A stretch of 64,000 bases of DNA, from contig NC_086097.1 in the NCBI RefSeq assembly GCF_963921235.1, positions 84,074,001 through 84,138,000 on the forward strand, given 5' to 3'. This DNA is from Mobula hypostoma. Taxonomy: Eukaryota. Positions within the stretch are counted from its first letter, which is position 1, and each line of letters opens with the position of its first letter. The notes under the pieces were generated by a model. That model did not search any database and was not told the DNA's origin. It saw only the letters and a program-made list of their open reading frames with translations. A program made the position numbers and the translations under genes. This document shows positions 35,811 to 48,459 of this stretch, one piece after another.

Positions 35811-37170
35811 AAGAACGTGGAAGCACATGATAAAATAGGCCAAAATCAGCATGGTGACCTTGGGGGGAAATATTTCCTGATAAAATCTGTTGGAATTCTT
35901 TGAGAAAATAACAAGCAGGATAGACAAAAGAGAGTCAGAAGATGGTGTATATTTAGAATTTTAGAAGGCCTTTGACAAGGAGCTGCACATGAAGCTGCTT
36001 AACAAGAGCCCATGGTATTACAGGAAAGATACTAGCATGGATAGAAAATTAGCTGACTGGCAGGAGGCAGAAAATGGGAATGAACGGGGCCTTTTCTAGT
36101 TGGCTACAGGGTCACTAGTGGTGTTCCACGGGAGTTGGTGTTGGGACTACTTCCTTTCATGTTATATGTTACTGATTTGGATAATGCAATTGATGGCTTT
36201 GTGGCCAAATTTGTAGATGATACAAAGATAGATGGAGGGGCAGGTAGTGTTGAGGAAGCAGGGAAACTGCAGAGATGGACTTAGACAGACTGGGAGAATG
36301 GACAAGGAAGAGACAGATGGAATATAGTGTGGGGAAGAGTCTGGTGTCATACACTTTGCTATAAAGGCACAGTCTATTTTCCAAATGGGAAAAGAAATTC
36401 TAAAGTCAGAGGTGAAAGGGGACTTAGGAGATTTTGTACAGGATTCCCTAAAGGTTAACTTGCAGATTGAGTCAGTGGTAATATAGCCAAATGCAATGTT
36501 TGTATTCATTTCAAGAGGACTAGAATATAAAAGATACAATGCTTGGTGTTAAGCTGAGGCTTTATAAGACATTGGTCAGACCACTCTTGGTGTATTGTGA
36601 GCAATTTTGGCCCCTTTATCTAAGAAAAGGTATGCTGACTATGGAGAGGGTCCAGAGAATGTTCATGAGAATGATTCGGGGAAAGAAAAGGTTAACATAT
36701 GAAGAACGTTTGATGGCTCTGAGCCTATACTCAGTGGAGTTTAGAAGAATGACGGGTGGGGGGAATTTCAATGAGATTCTCCCCCCTCATTATTCTAAAC
36801 CATTGAATATTGAAAGGCCAAGATAGAGTGGATGTGGAGAGGATTTTTCCTATATGGGGAAGCTTAGGACCAGAGGGTGCAGCCTCAGAAAACAACGATG
36901 TCCATTTTGAACAGAGATGAGGAGAAATTTCTTTAGCCAGATTGTTGTGAATCTGTGGAATTCATTGCCACCGATGATTGTGGAGGCCAAGTCAATTGGT
37001 ATATTTAAATCAGAGGTTGACAGGTTCTTGATTAGTCAGGGCATTCAAGTTTATCGGGGGAAGGCTGGAGAATGGGGTTGAGAAGGATCATAAATCAGTC
37101 ACGATGGAATGGCAGAGCAGACTCAATGATCTGAATGGCCTAATTCTTCTCCGCTTTCCTATGGTCTTAC
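35810..37170 (+). mobile_element. 5'-truncated CR1
   Basis: RT-to-3'-tail motifs (LRLYKTLVRP, ERVQRMF, GTGAATCTGTGGAATTCATTGCCA). Confidence 0.88.
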
Positions 37171-37603
37171 CTGTAAACACAGCTGTAAGATTATGATTCA
37201 GTTTAGGGTTAGTCCCCTTGTGGACCTATCGATAGTTGTGCTTATTGTAGAAACCTTTAAAAATGATTGTGAAGTTAATTGGCAACTATAAATCTCCCCT
37301 GGTGTAGGTGGGTTGAGAGTTGATGGGCATGTGAGAATGAGAGCAGATTGTAGGAAAATAGTTGGGGCTAGGATGGGTGGAATTGTTCTGTCGACCAGCA
37401 TTGATTTAATGGACTGAATAGCCTCCTTCTGTATTATAATGAAATATGAAAAATTAGTCTCTTTTTTTTTAAAAGAGTCAAGAACTCTCTCCATCATCAG
37501 GTGCTCAGAATTTCCCTTGGTGATATTAACAGCCCTGTGAAATTTCCGTATGAATTCTAGCATGTAATGGCTTTAATCTTATGGCTGGGTATATTTCTTT
37601 AAG

Positions 37604-38515
37604 ATGATCTTTGGAAAGCTGAACCACACCGCATCCAATTTCTCATCCAGGCAGTGTACGATGTGCTTCCAAGCCCATCAAACCTGCACACATGGGGCAA
37701 GGCAGAGTCACCTGCGTGCCCACTGTGCTCCAAGTGAGGAACCCTGGAGCACATCCTCAGCGGCTGCGCAAGGGCACTTGGTGAGGGACAGTACAGGTGG
37801 AGGCATGATCAGGTCCTGAAGACCATTGCTGAAGCCGTCAGCACAGGAGTTGAGTGGGTGAAGTGGTCCCGACCCTCCAAGCAGACCATTGCCTTTGTCA
37901 GAGCTGGGGAGCAGCCAATACCTGCCAAAAGAACATCTGCAGGCATCCTGACCTCTGCAAGGGACTGGCAGCTGTTGGTGGACCTCGAACGGCAGCTGAA
38001 GTTCCCCAACCATATCGCAGCCACCACCCTGCGACCAGACATTGTCCTACTGTCTGAGTCTACTAAGCAAGTGGTGCTGCTGGAGCTGACAGTCCCATGG
38101 GAAGATAGCTTGGAACAGGCCTTTGAAAGGAAGCTCTCCAAGTATGCAGGACTGGTCAGCAACTGTCAGCAGGCTGGATGGAGAGCGAGGTGTCTGCCAG
38201 TGGAGGTTGGCTGTAGGGGATTCATAGCCTGTTCTTTAGTTAGGGCCTTCAGCATTTTGGGTATCGAGGGAGAGAGGAAGAGGAGAGCCATCCGCAGTAC
38301 CGCCGACGCGGCAGAGAGGACCTCAAGATGGCTGTGGCTCAGAAGAAGGGAGCCATGGAGTCATACGTAGCTAGCCATCTGGACACAAGCTGGGGTCTGA
38401 TCAGCCCCGGCTGGGTCACCTGGAGGAGGTTGTATGATGTTGAAAGACCCGAAACACCCGATGATTCCAGGAACATCACTGAAGATGTGTCCAGAAGCAT
38501 CAGTAGATGTATATA
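37604..38515 (+). mobile_element. Hero-type RLE non-LTR retrotransposon, 5'-truncated (family B), in slc10a1 intron 3
   Basis: AVYDVLPSPSNLHTWG, CPLC..LEHILSGC zinc knuckle, YRWRHDQVL, LRPDIVL..LELTVPWE..KLSKY..PVEVGCRGF. Stop at 38370. Confidence 0.9.
38378..38495 (+). ncRNA. Candidate structured RNA (permuted hammerhead-like core + kink-turn) in Hero family B 3' UTR
   Basis: 10-bp closing stem, five further helices, and CUGAAGA / GAAA / GUA placed as in a hammerhead core. See findings. Confidence 0.7.
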
Positions 38516-38693
38516 CACAACAGTAAGAATGTAGTAATACCCTTAATACGTACTTTTACTCTAATTCCTACCACACTTATCTGCGTGCAAAATCAAGTTT
38601 ACTCTTTGATTGTAGAATCATAAAGAGAGGTACTGAAGACAAGTATTTTGATTGTTATGACAGAACTACTTGTACTCCAATAAATCACGTTAC

Positions 38694-38872
38694 CTTTTAG
38701 ATAATCTGCATAAACTTGAAAGGGCATATCCTAAAGTGTATCCAACAGCAGGCATCAGTGCTGTGGTGACAATGAGGCGAGGGATGAAAATAGTCCACAA
38801 AGTAGCCCCAATCAATGTTACTGACAAGATGACAATTATTATTGCAGCAATGAGAAAAATGAACAGGCCAGT
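38694..38872 (-). CDS. slc10a1: NTCP coding exon 3 (179 bp)
   Basis: tctttcag|ACT acceptor and AAAAG|gtaacg donor; TGLFIFLIAAI..PRLIVTTALMPAVGYTLGYALSSLCRLS. Confidence 0.92.
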
Positions 38873-39951
38873 CTGAAAGAGAAACACGTGAGATTATTAC
38901 AATAAAATACAATCTGTCAATGGCTCAGAAATCGGGAGTGCACTTCAGTGGCTGTTAGCCACAGGGTGTCCCTGTATTCAACTCAACTGAGTACTCAAAC
39001 TTCACTGAAGTCATATTTGGAATTTCTACAGAGGGTCACAGTTGCAAGAATGAAAATTTAATTTTAAAAGTGTTGGTGATACTAGCGAGTAATCATATAA
39101 CTCTTCTGGGTGCTACCTTATCTATTTATTTCAAATTTATTAATGGTGCCATTGGAATAGAACCGAGCAATTGTCCGAAATGCCCACTAGTATTATCAGC
39201 AGGAATTTCTTGCTTAATGCTCTCCCGAGAACGGATTTAGTCCATGTGGTGGTTTTAACGTGATAAAATCATTGATCCTCAAAATATTGTTTTTAAAAGT
39301 TTGTTCAAATTTATATTCTTGATCTTCTCCTTCGAAGGAGGGACTAGTGCATTGCATCTCATCATATACTCTTTCTTTGAGAAAAGTATGGGAACACATA
39401 TCATCCATGCTTAATTTGAGAATGCAGTGATGCATCTTATTATATCTTGAATTGTAATGATTATTTAAAAGTGGAAAGAATCTAGAGCGATCTACCTTCA
39501 GTGCCGGAAAGCTTTTATTTTGACAACAACAATTTTGGCAATTACAGCCTCTATTATTGTTTTCCTTTTGTACATACTGTAGGTGTGGAATGATCTGTCT
39601 GGATGACATGTAAACAAGAACTTTTCACTGTATCTCTGCACATGCGACGGTGAAATAATCCAATTACCAATGATATCCATTACAAATTGACAGTTCAGTT
39701 AAATGCAGCAGTCTCTATTATAAAACAGGGAAGTTCAATATTTTATTATTTAATCAAGAACACCACCACCAAATTCATGGGACTGATGATTAAGGGCAGA
39801 GGTAAATTGTATATTAAGAACTCAAGGAATGAACACAAATAGCATAAAAGTAAAAGTACATAGTGAACAGTTAAAGTATGGTTGCAAACTGCAACTTTTC
39901 CAGGGTTGAGCTAGGACATCATTATGCCTAAAATCTGATCCAAATTCCGTA

Positions 39952-40358
39952 GCCTCCAAGAGGGCCACAACCTTGTCGTGGCTTGAAGGCTTGAGTGCCT
40001 CAAAGCTGTGTTGGCTGGATCAGGGCTTTATGCTTTATCCCTTGGTAGGGTCATCCATGGTAAACAGGTCAAAGGGTAGAGGCCAGAATAAGCGTGGTCT
40101 ACGGGTCCTCCAGATTTGGGGTTTAAGCTCAGGACTAACAATCCTGACTGATAAAACAAAATGATTATGGAAACAGTAATGAAGGATCCTTTTACATCTG
40201 AATGCGATAGGGTTTCCACGTCTCCAAATGGGGCTTGCATGACTAACAGCGAAAACTGAGAGGAAGCTACTGACATGATGAAGGGTGCCGTGAATTCTAG
40301 CAGAGATAGAGAACTTTCATTGCTGCCCTAAACGCCAGTGGCATAAGGGCAATAACCA
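39952..40358 (+). mobile_element. Bipartite RTE-derived non-autonomous retroposon (copy B)
   Basis: TSD CAAATTCCGTA (39941-39951) / CAAATTCCATA (40359-40369); same head and tail as 33284-33660. Confidence 0.7.
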
Positions 40359-41179
40359 CAAATTCCATACACAAGAAGTGGAGGAGTGTTTGCTTTAAGT
40401 TTTGGAAGTGGCTAAAATTTTGACATTTTATATCCTATGAAACATAAACACAGGTTAAATAGTGGGTTTAAAATTAACAAAGTTTTCTTTGCAAAGTTGA
40501 AAACAATTCTCTTAGTCAATACTCTGTCAATGGAGTGTTAGCTTTGGCTATATCTTTGTACCTTGCTCAAGGAGATGGCTACCTACACCCATACAGACAG
40601 ACATAGCTGTATTTAATTAAATTCCTTGCCTACAGTTATCTAGGAAGAAGCTCTGTTTGGCTGGAAGGAGGGGAAAGGAAAGTGGAATTTCCAATCTATA
40701 CTTTTAGTTTTTGTACTTCTCAGGATTCAGACATTACCAGCAAGACCAGCATTTACTGGCCCACTCCAACTGCCTTTGAGAAGTTGTTTTCTTGAACCTC
40801 CTTTGGTGAAGATGCTCCCTAGTGCTATTGAGTAGGGAGTTCCGGGATTTATCACCATAAATGAAGGAACAGCAATATACAGCATTTCCAGATCAGGATG
40901 ATGTGTGGCCATAAGGGAACATGACATTCTCATGCACCTTTGGTGATTTCCCTCGAGTTGAAAGTTGTTAGGGAGGTGCTGCTTGATCGGCATGGGTGAG
41001 AAACTGCAGTGCAATTTGTAAACAGTATACAAGGCATAAAGGATATCCCGATTCAAAGAACATATATATTAGCAACACACATTATTAGCACTTTAGTTTC
41101 CTAGAACTGTCTAAGAAAATAATTCTAATTGTAATTCAAAATGTACAAAGTATAAAAAAAAATCAATAAGTATCCGGGA

Positions 41180-41912
41180 ATGGGTGGACTATTATTTAGA
41201 TGGGGACAGAATTCGAAAGTCAGAGATGAAAAGGGACTTAGGAGTCCTTGCGCATGACCTCCAGGTTGATTCGGTGGTGCTGAAGGTGAATGCAATGTTG
41301 GCATTCTTTTCTAGAGGTATAGAACATAAGAGCAGGGATGTGATGTTGAGACTTGGAGTATTGTGTGCAGTTTTGGGCTCCTTATTTTAGAAAGGATATA
41401 TTGACATTGGAGAGGGTTCAGAGAAGATTCACGAGAATGATTCCAGGAATGAAAGGTTTACTGTATGAGGAACATCTGGCAGTTCTTGGGTTGTATTCCC
41501 TGGAGTTCAGGAGAATGAGGGCGGATCTCATAGAAACATTCCGAATGTTAAAAGGCCTGAACAGATTAGATATGGCAAAGTTATTTCCCATGGTAGGGGA
41601 GTCTAGGACAAGAGGGCATGACTTCTGGATTGAAAGATGTCCATTTAGAACAGAGATACGGAGAAATTACTTTGGTCAGAGGGTGGTAAATCTGTGGAAT
41701 TTGTTGCCACGAGCGGCTGTGGAGGCAAAGTCATTGGGTGCATTTAAGGCAGAGATAGATAGGTTCTTGATTAGCCAGGGTATCAAAGGGTATAGGGAGA
41801 AGGCAGGAGAGTGGGGATGACTGGAAGAATTGGATCAGCCCATGATTGAATGGTGGAGCAGACTCAGCAGGCTGAATGGCCTCCTTCTGCTCCTGTATCT
41901 TATGATCTTATG
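41180..41912 (+). mobile_element. CR1 3' fragment
   Basis: ORF 41353-41820 EYCVQFWAP..RVVNLWNLLP; CR1 tail. Confidence 0.9.
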
Positions 41913-42003
41913 GAACTTGTATCACCTTTAAAAGAGCTTGGAAGGATACTAGGGCCTTAGAAAAGTTCCACTATTGTTTCATTGGGATGCTGTGTGACGT
42001 GTA

Positions 42004-42552
42004 CACTCAGTGACCACTTTATTAGGTACAGGAGGTATATTTCTGTATGTTCCTGGTCTTTTGCTGCGGGAGCCCATCCTCTTCAAGGTTTGACATGTGT
42101 GCTCAGAGATATTCTTTTGTACATCACTGTTATAATGTGTGGTTATTTGAATTACTGTCACCTTCGTGTGAGCTTGAACCAATCTGGCCATTTTGCTCCG
42201 ACCTCTCTCACTAACAAGGCATTTTTGCACACAGAGCTGCCACTCACTGGATGTTTACTGTTTTACGCACCATTCTCTGTAATCTCTGAAGATTTTTGTG
42301 TGTGAAAATCCCAGGAGATCAGCAGTTTCAGAGACACTGTACTCAAATCACCTCATCTGGCACTAACAATCTTTCAATGGTCAATGTCACTTAGATCACA
42401 TTTCTTCCCCATTCTGATGTTTGGTCTGAACAGCAGCTGAACTTCTCGACCATGTCTGCATGTTTTTATGCATTGAGTTGCTGCCACATGATTGGTTGAT
42501 TTAGATATTTGCTTTAAAGAGAAGGTTTACCTAATAAAGTAGCCACTGAGTG
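42004..42552 (-). mobile_element. Internally deleted Tc1-like DNA transposon (copy 2)
   Basis: TA-CACTCAGTGACCACTTTATTAGGTA...TACCTAATAAAGTAGCCACTGAGTG-TA; minus-strand MARLVQAHTKVTVIQITTHYNS transposase remnant. Confidence 0.9.
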
Positions 42553-43078
42553 TAGAATTAGTAAAGTAACAAAAGAAAATATGAACTCATTATTTAGAAC
42601 ACCACCAATTACAATGTGATTTAATAGATCTGGAAAAGATTAAAAATATAAACGTTTCCAGTAGATGAGATATCAGTAATTAGTTGTTACACTTAGGGCA
42701 GAGAGTAGCAGAATCTCCTTCACAGGGAACCATATGAACAAAAGGAACTATACAAACATTCAAGACAGTTTAGGGTAAGTAAATGAATGGGAATGGACTA
42801 AAGAGATTTGGTAAGAGGGTGTTTAAAATGAGCAGATCGATTAATGTGCATTGAAATACCAAAGCAGACTGTTTGAGCTGTCTGCTCTTGCTCTGTGCCA
42901 CATGTTTTGTGCACTTTGTACAGCTGCATGCATGGGAAGATGACGGGGCGGTGGGTTAAGGGCTTTGGAGTAAACTGAGTCACATGCACCAGGAAATCTG
43001 ATGAGGACCACAGGAAAGTTCAATTGAAAGGCTTTTAAAAGAATATAAATTTAAGTGTTAAAAATGGCAATATCCTAC

Positions 43079-43280
43079 CTTGGTTATGACCTTTGAATAC
43101 TTTGGATACCTGTGATTGAGAAAGATGCCAATACTGCAAGGAATGAGTGTTGAGACGAGGGTTAAAATAATTTTTCTGTATGGCACTTTATTAACCAATG
43201 ACAGGCCCTTGCAATAGAGATAAAGAAGGAGGGGCATCATGCCAAGTGCCAACGTTGTAGAGCATGTGGTCATCACAATA
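43079..43280 (-). CDS. slc10a1: NTCP coding exon 2 (202 bp)
   Basis: tttccttgcag|T acceptor and AAG|gtagga donor; [41 protein letters not shown]. Confidence 0.95.
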
Positions 43281-43544
43281 CTGCAAGGAAATAACAACAG
43301 AAAAGCCTTAGCAAAGATCAAGAATAAGCAATTAATTGTTACTTGTAAAAGACAATGATACTGATTTGAGCGATGGTGAGTTAAATGTATCTCCTCACTG
43401 ATCATGGTTACAGGTTTTCCTTGTAAATCCTATTTGATACCAGAGAGTGGATTTAAAACCAGCCTATATTTGTGAGGTGATTTTAAGTCAGTCCACCAGT
43501 GTACTTTAAGTTTTCTCCAAATGTCATCCATGTAGACACCATGA

Positions 43545-43885
43545 CATCTACAGCACTGCAGCACAACTAGCAGAGGCCCTACCTCTCAGCATCTGAGTTC
43601 TTTCCAGACCCATGACATTGTCTCTACAGAGTTTGTATATTCTCCCTGTGACTGCATGGATTTCTCCAGTTTTCTTCCACACCCCTAGGACATGCAGGTT
43701 CATAAATTAATAGGCATGGTAGATTGCACCTAGTGTATAGGTGAGCGGCAGAATCTGGGAGCAGGTGATCAGAATGTGGTGAGAACAGAATGAAACGAGT
43801 GTATGATTATTGTGTATTTAGGTAATTGATGATTGGCACAGACTTAGAGAGCTCCAGGGCCTGTTCCCATGCTGTATGACTCTAC
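43545..43885 (+). mobile_element. V-SINE
   Basis: GAGTTTGTATATTCTCCCTGTGACTGCATGGATTTCTCC V-domain and CR1-like tail. Confidence 0.7.
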
Positions 43886-45195
43886 GACATCTGACAGCAT
43901 GCTTTTATTGGGGTGAGGGGCTACCTACTTAGCAAAGCAGTTAAAGAAGAAGCCAAGATTCCTAAGGGCAACATTTCAATTGGTCTTTCTGAGATCAGCA
44001 ACTCCAGTCCACACAAGGGAATCTGAGTCTCCACTGAGCCAATGGAAGGAGACTTATGTATTTACAATCTAAGTACTTTGATGAGGAAGCTAAAGATTAT
44101 TAGGGTGAAAATACTTTCAGAGGTGTTGCTAAACTAAGTTCTTGCTTTCCCAAATGAGTAGTACGAGAGTGTACCAGATGAATAGTAGAATCTAGGCAGA
44201 ACAAAAGGGGATTAGTTTAAGTGGATGCTTATTGAATGCAATAAGTTTACATGGGCAGTTTCCACAGTGGGTGTGGACATTGGAATTTCGAATGGGAATA
44301 TCAATGAGAAGCTGAATGAATCACTGTAACATGAGGGTAGAATTACATTTGTGCACCTGATCTGATTGCATGTCCCTTTTTCTATTTCACACAGAGACCA
44401 TGCATGCGCCTAAATTTTATGTGTGATACAGCGGGCAATAGACTACAAAGGCAAGCAATTTCTCAAGGCACTGAGTGATAATTGAATGCTTTAGTACTTG
44501 GTGAGTAATGCTGCTAAATGTGCAGTTATATTGACTATCTAACTGTCATTAAATGCTGCCTTGAATAAATCTTCCAAGGTTTAAATAACCTTGAAAATAC
44601 ATATTTGGCATTGGTTTTGAGTTGTGGAAAGGCAAATATTTCTTCTTTTATACAGCGATAGTGCTAGCAATCAAAATAATTAAAAATCTGTTGTTGAGGT
44701 GTCAGGGACTATGTCAAGCTGCTATAAATTTATAAATAATACAAGAAAGGCTGACTTTTTAAAAGAGAAGTAGCTTCATTTCAATCTGCCAAAGGGTCTG
44801 TGACCTGAAATGTTAACCCTGTTTCTTTTACCACAGGTACCAGCTAACGTGCTGAGATTTTTTCCAACATTTTCTGTTTTTACTTCAGATTCCAGCATCT
44901 GTGGGTTTTGTATTTTCATTCAGAACTTAAACGGATGAAAGCAGCCTTTAGCGAAAGCACTGTTTTCTTTCACACAGTAACTTTTTAACAGTGGTTTGCT
45001 TTTGCCAAAGATCATTTATGTGCCCCTGAAACTCCAGAAAGAGTTGGGTTCTATTGACCAAGTCAAATCGAGTTTATTGTCATACTCACAAGTATGGTGA
45101 GACAGGTACTTTCAGCAGCGTCACGACACACAAAACACAAATTATACAAAATAGTGTAGAAAAGGCTATGAAAAAGGAGACCAGCTATCTCATAC

Positions 45196-45593
45196 CTGAG
45201 ATTCATATCTCCATCCACTGCTAGTGAGAAGATATTGGAAAGTGTTCCACCAGGACAGCATCCACAGATCAGGACAGAGAGAGCTTCGATGGAAGACAGT
45301 CTGAAAATCTTTGAAAGGCTAAAGGCTGTTAAAGGCATAATTCCATATTGAGAAAACAATGCAATCAGGACCGCTTTTGGCTTTAAGATATATTCCTTGA
45401 TCCTTGATATTTCCATTGTGCAGCCCAGAGATATCATTGTGATGAACAAAATGATGATAGAAGTGATACTTATGGCCAGATCTGTTAGCTTTCCCATTGC
45501 TCCATACCTCCATTCCAATGTTGCATTTATGCCAGGTGTGGAGTTACCATTGCTAACCTCTGCCTGAAAGTGTTCCATGCCAGTGATGTTCAT
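45196..45593 (-). CDS. slc10a1: NTCP coding exon 1 (398 bp)
   Basis: ATG in GTCAAAATGA context; N-glycosylation sequons [56 protein letters not shown]|gtatga donor. Phase 2 matches exon 2. Confidence 0.95.
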
Positions 45594-46379
45594 TTTGACC
45601 ACAGCAATTCTTGCATTACTCCAAAATCTTGTTTGCTTTGTAGCTGAGAAACTAATGCTCTCCAGATATGAAGTAGTCAGAGTGTTAACCACATTAAGGG
45701 CTGGCTTTGCAAAGTATTTTGAAGCATTTGTATCTATTCTTCTGAATTCATTACTGAATGAACTCTCTATACTTGACGAGTTCTGGCTCTGAGTATTAAT
45801 GAGTGTCGTTTAGAAATTCCATTCAGCTTAGTGTTTCAATGGTAACAATAAGTCATTCAGTTCCTTACACTTTAAATTTAATTACTTGGGAATTATGAAA
45901 AAAAAGCAATTATGTATTTGCCTGTTATCAATCCAATCATTTTATGCATGACTCAAAATTCTATGATTCCAGGGAACTGAGCAAAGAATATTTTTGTCAA
46001 TTTTACAAGTCATTCTAGATTTGCATACAAGTCATTTCCTGTTCCTGCAGTTTCTAGTGAAATTGTCTAGTTGTTCTATTTTAGACTGCAACTATTCCTC
46101 TGTGTGGAATCCTTAGAGTCAAGTCAAGTCTATTTAAGTTTATTGTCATGTGCAAAAGTATGGCGAGGAAGAGGTACAATGAAAATCTTGCTTGCAGCAT
46201 CACATGCACATAGGCTTAGACAACAAATAGTACATCAATTTTATAAGCCAGTGAAGAGAAAAAAATCTTTGAGACAAGGCATCAGTGTGAAAAAACGCAA
46301 TCAGTGACAAGTTCATCGTGGTGCAAGAGATGATCCATAGTGTTTCATTGCTGAGGTAGGATTAGGGTGCAGGTTAGTT

Positions 46380-46646
46380 TATTTATTAAGATACAATGCA
46401 GAATAGGTCCTTCTGGCCCAGCAATCCCCTGATTTAATCCTGCCCTAATCACGCGATAATTTACAGTGACTAATTAGCCTACCAACTGGTATGTCATTGG
46501 ACTGTCGGAGGAAACTAGAGCACACGGAGGAAACGCATGCGGTCACAAGCAGAACATATAAACTCCTTACAATCAGCGGCAGGAATTGAACCTGGGTCGC
46601 TAGTACTGTAGAGTGTTGTGCTAACCACTATGCCATCATACCACCC
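46380..46646 (-). mobile_element. V-SINE
   Basis: Reverse tRNA head (GGAATTGAACCTGGG..CTAACCACTA) and V-domain. Confidence 0.8.
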
Positions 46647-47009
46647 CAGAACCTGATGGTTGTAGGTCACTGAACCTAGTTGTGTGGGACTTCAGGCTTC
46701 TGTACCTCCAGCCTGATGGTAGCCCTCATTCCCCAATCTTTCAAGAATTTACTTACTTTTGTATTAAATACTTCTAATATTCTAATCAGCATAACTCTCA
46801 TGGATAGAGAATTCCAGAGAATCACCTCACTTTACAGAAAGAAATTTCTATGCATCCCAGCATGGAGGGACTAATATAAGCAAATGGATTTAACATAGGT
46901 AAATATCATGGTCAGATAAGGTGGACCAGAAGGGTCTGTCTCTATGCTGTACATTTCTACAATTCCAAATACCCACTCTTATCACGAAACTGTTCTATTG
47001 TTCAAAACT

Positions 47010-47555
47010 CTCCTGCTGGAGAAAAATATCTTGTCATGTTCAGTTGCAGTGGCTTCTGTGGGGTCAACTGGAGATGTTATTGTCTTTTATAAACATATTT
47101 TTCATGATTGCAAGACCCTGCTGGACATTAAGAACTTAAGGTAGTGCAGGTCTACCCCAGCGAGTTGTTCATTGGCAGGGAAACTGAAAGAGCTGGACCT
47201 GGTGCATATCGTGCTGCTGTCTGTGCCAGCGAGGCATTGGAAGAGTCAGTGCATGAAGGTGGTGGGCAATACAACAGCAAGTAATCATTTTAGTCCCTTT
47301 TCTTGTGATTGAAAGACCTTGCTAGACATTGTTAATGTGGAATGCTGCAAATCCGATTCACTGGTTTACTGGTGGATGGCAGGGGTGGACTATTTTTGTG
47401 TGTGACTATTTTGCTGGTACCTTATATGTGCTTTGTGCTGTGTGTGAGTGAGTGTTGGTACTGCTTTGCACCATGCCCCTGGAGGAACGTTGTTTCACTT
47501 GACTGTATTCATGGATATTCATGTATGGCTGAATGACAATTAAACTTGAACTTGA
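47010..47555 (+). mobile_element. Non-autonomous repeat with Rex1-like tail
   Basis: Ends GAATGACAATTAAACTTGAACTTGA. Confidence 0.45.
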
Positions 47556-47589
47556 GCTACTATGTTATTTCCACCCTTAAACTATAAAG

Positions 47590-47995
47590 TCATAAGGAGC
47601 AGAATTAGGCCTTTTGACCCATTGAGTCTGCTTAGGATTTTATTTATTTCAATAAGATCATCTTATTCTTCTAAACTCCAAAAATACAGACACAGCCTGT
47701 TTGGCCTTTCTTGATGGGACAATTCCCTCATTCCAGACATTAGCCTGGTGAGTTTCCTTTGCACTGCCTTCAATGCTATTACATCCTTTTTTGATAAGGG
47801 GACCAAAAGTGTATAGAATACTCAAGGAGGCAAAATCTCTCCACTTACTGTACCTACATGCTAATTTTTTGATTCATGCTCAAAAACACTCTGTGCTTCA
47901 GTATTTTGCAGTCTCTTGCCATTTAGATAAGAACCTGACTTTTGATTCCTCTTATTGAAGAGCATGACTGCATGCCTTACCGCATTACATTCCAA
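47590..47995 (-). mobile_element. Old CR1 3' fragments
   Basis: AGGAGCAGAATTAGGCC and GGGGACCAAAAGTGTA are reverse CR1 motifs. Confidence 0.6.
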
Positions 47996-48459
47996 TCGAC
48001 CCTGTTGTGACCTTCCCAAAACTTCTCTCGGTTTGATCAATTGAATGGCAACATGCCAGTCACTTCAAAGGATAAAGGGTTGGGGAAGAGGCTGTGCTTT
48101 GAATGCAGCCTTCCAGATAAGGTAGAGGCAGGAAACATTGAATCTGTTTGCCTATTGTTTCCCTTTCCCAGGATGGCAATACTGTTAGATATTCACTGAC
48201 CTGCATGTGTTTCGTAGCACTTATTCTTGTCACATTATCATTAACCTGTGAGCTCAGACTAAAAGTAGATTTCCACAAAGAGTTTTCCAAAGCACGAAGG
48301 TTTCAAGGCTCACGATCCGTGATCACCACTTGATTATTGCTGTTGTTGGGTGAACTCCAAATTTTGACTAGCTTGTGAAACCACCCCTGGGTAACAGGAC
48401 AGATTGTGATCACAGCCCTTGGTGAAGTCCAACAAAACAGGGAAAGGCAGCCTAATACA

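Noticed and set aside
45594..45692. N-terminal extension of ORF 45063-45692 (MVNTLTTSY...)
   Set aside because: It starts at a GTG. The first ATG (45593) has a good Kozak context and gives an NTCP-sized glycosylated N-terminus. The ORF tail past 45196 is intron.
45780..46050. Possible HNF1/TATA sites of the slc10a1 promoter
   Set aside because: AT-rich with only partial matches and no known TSS; cannot be supported.
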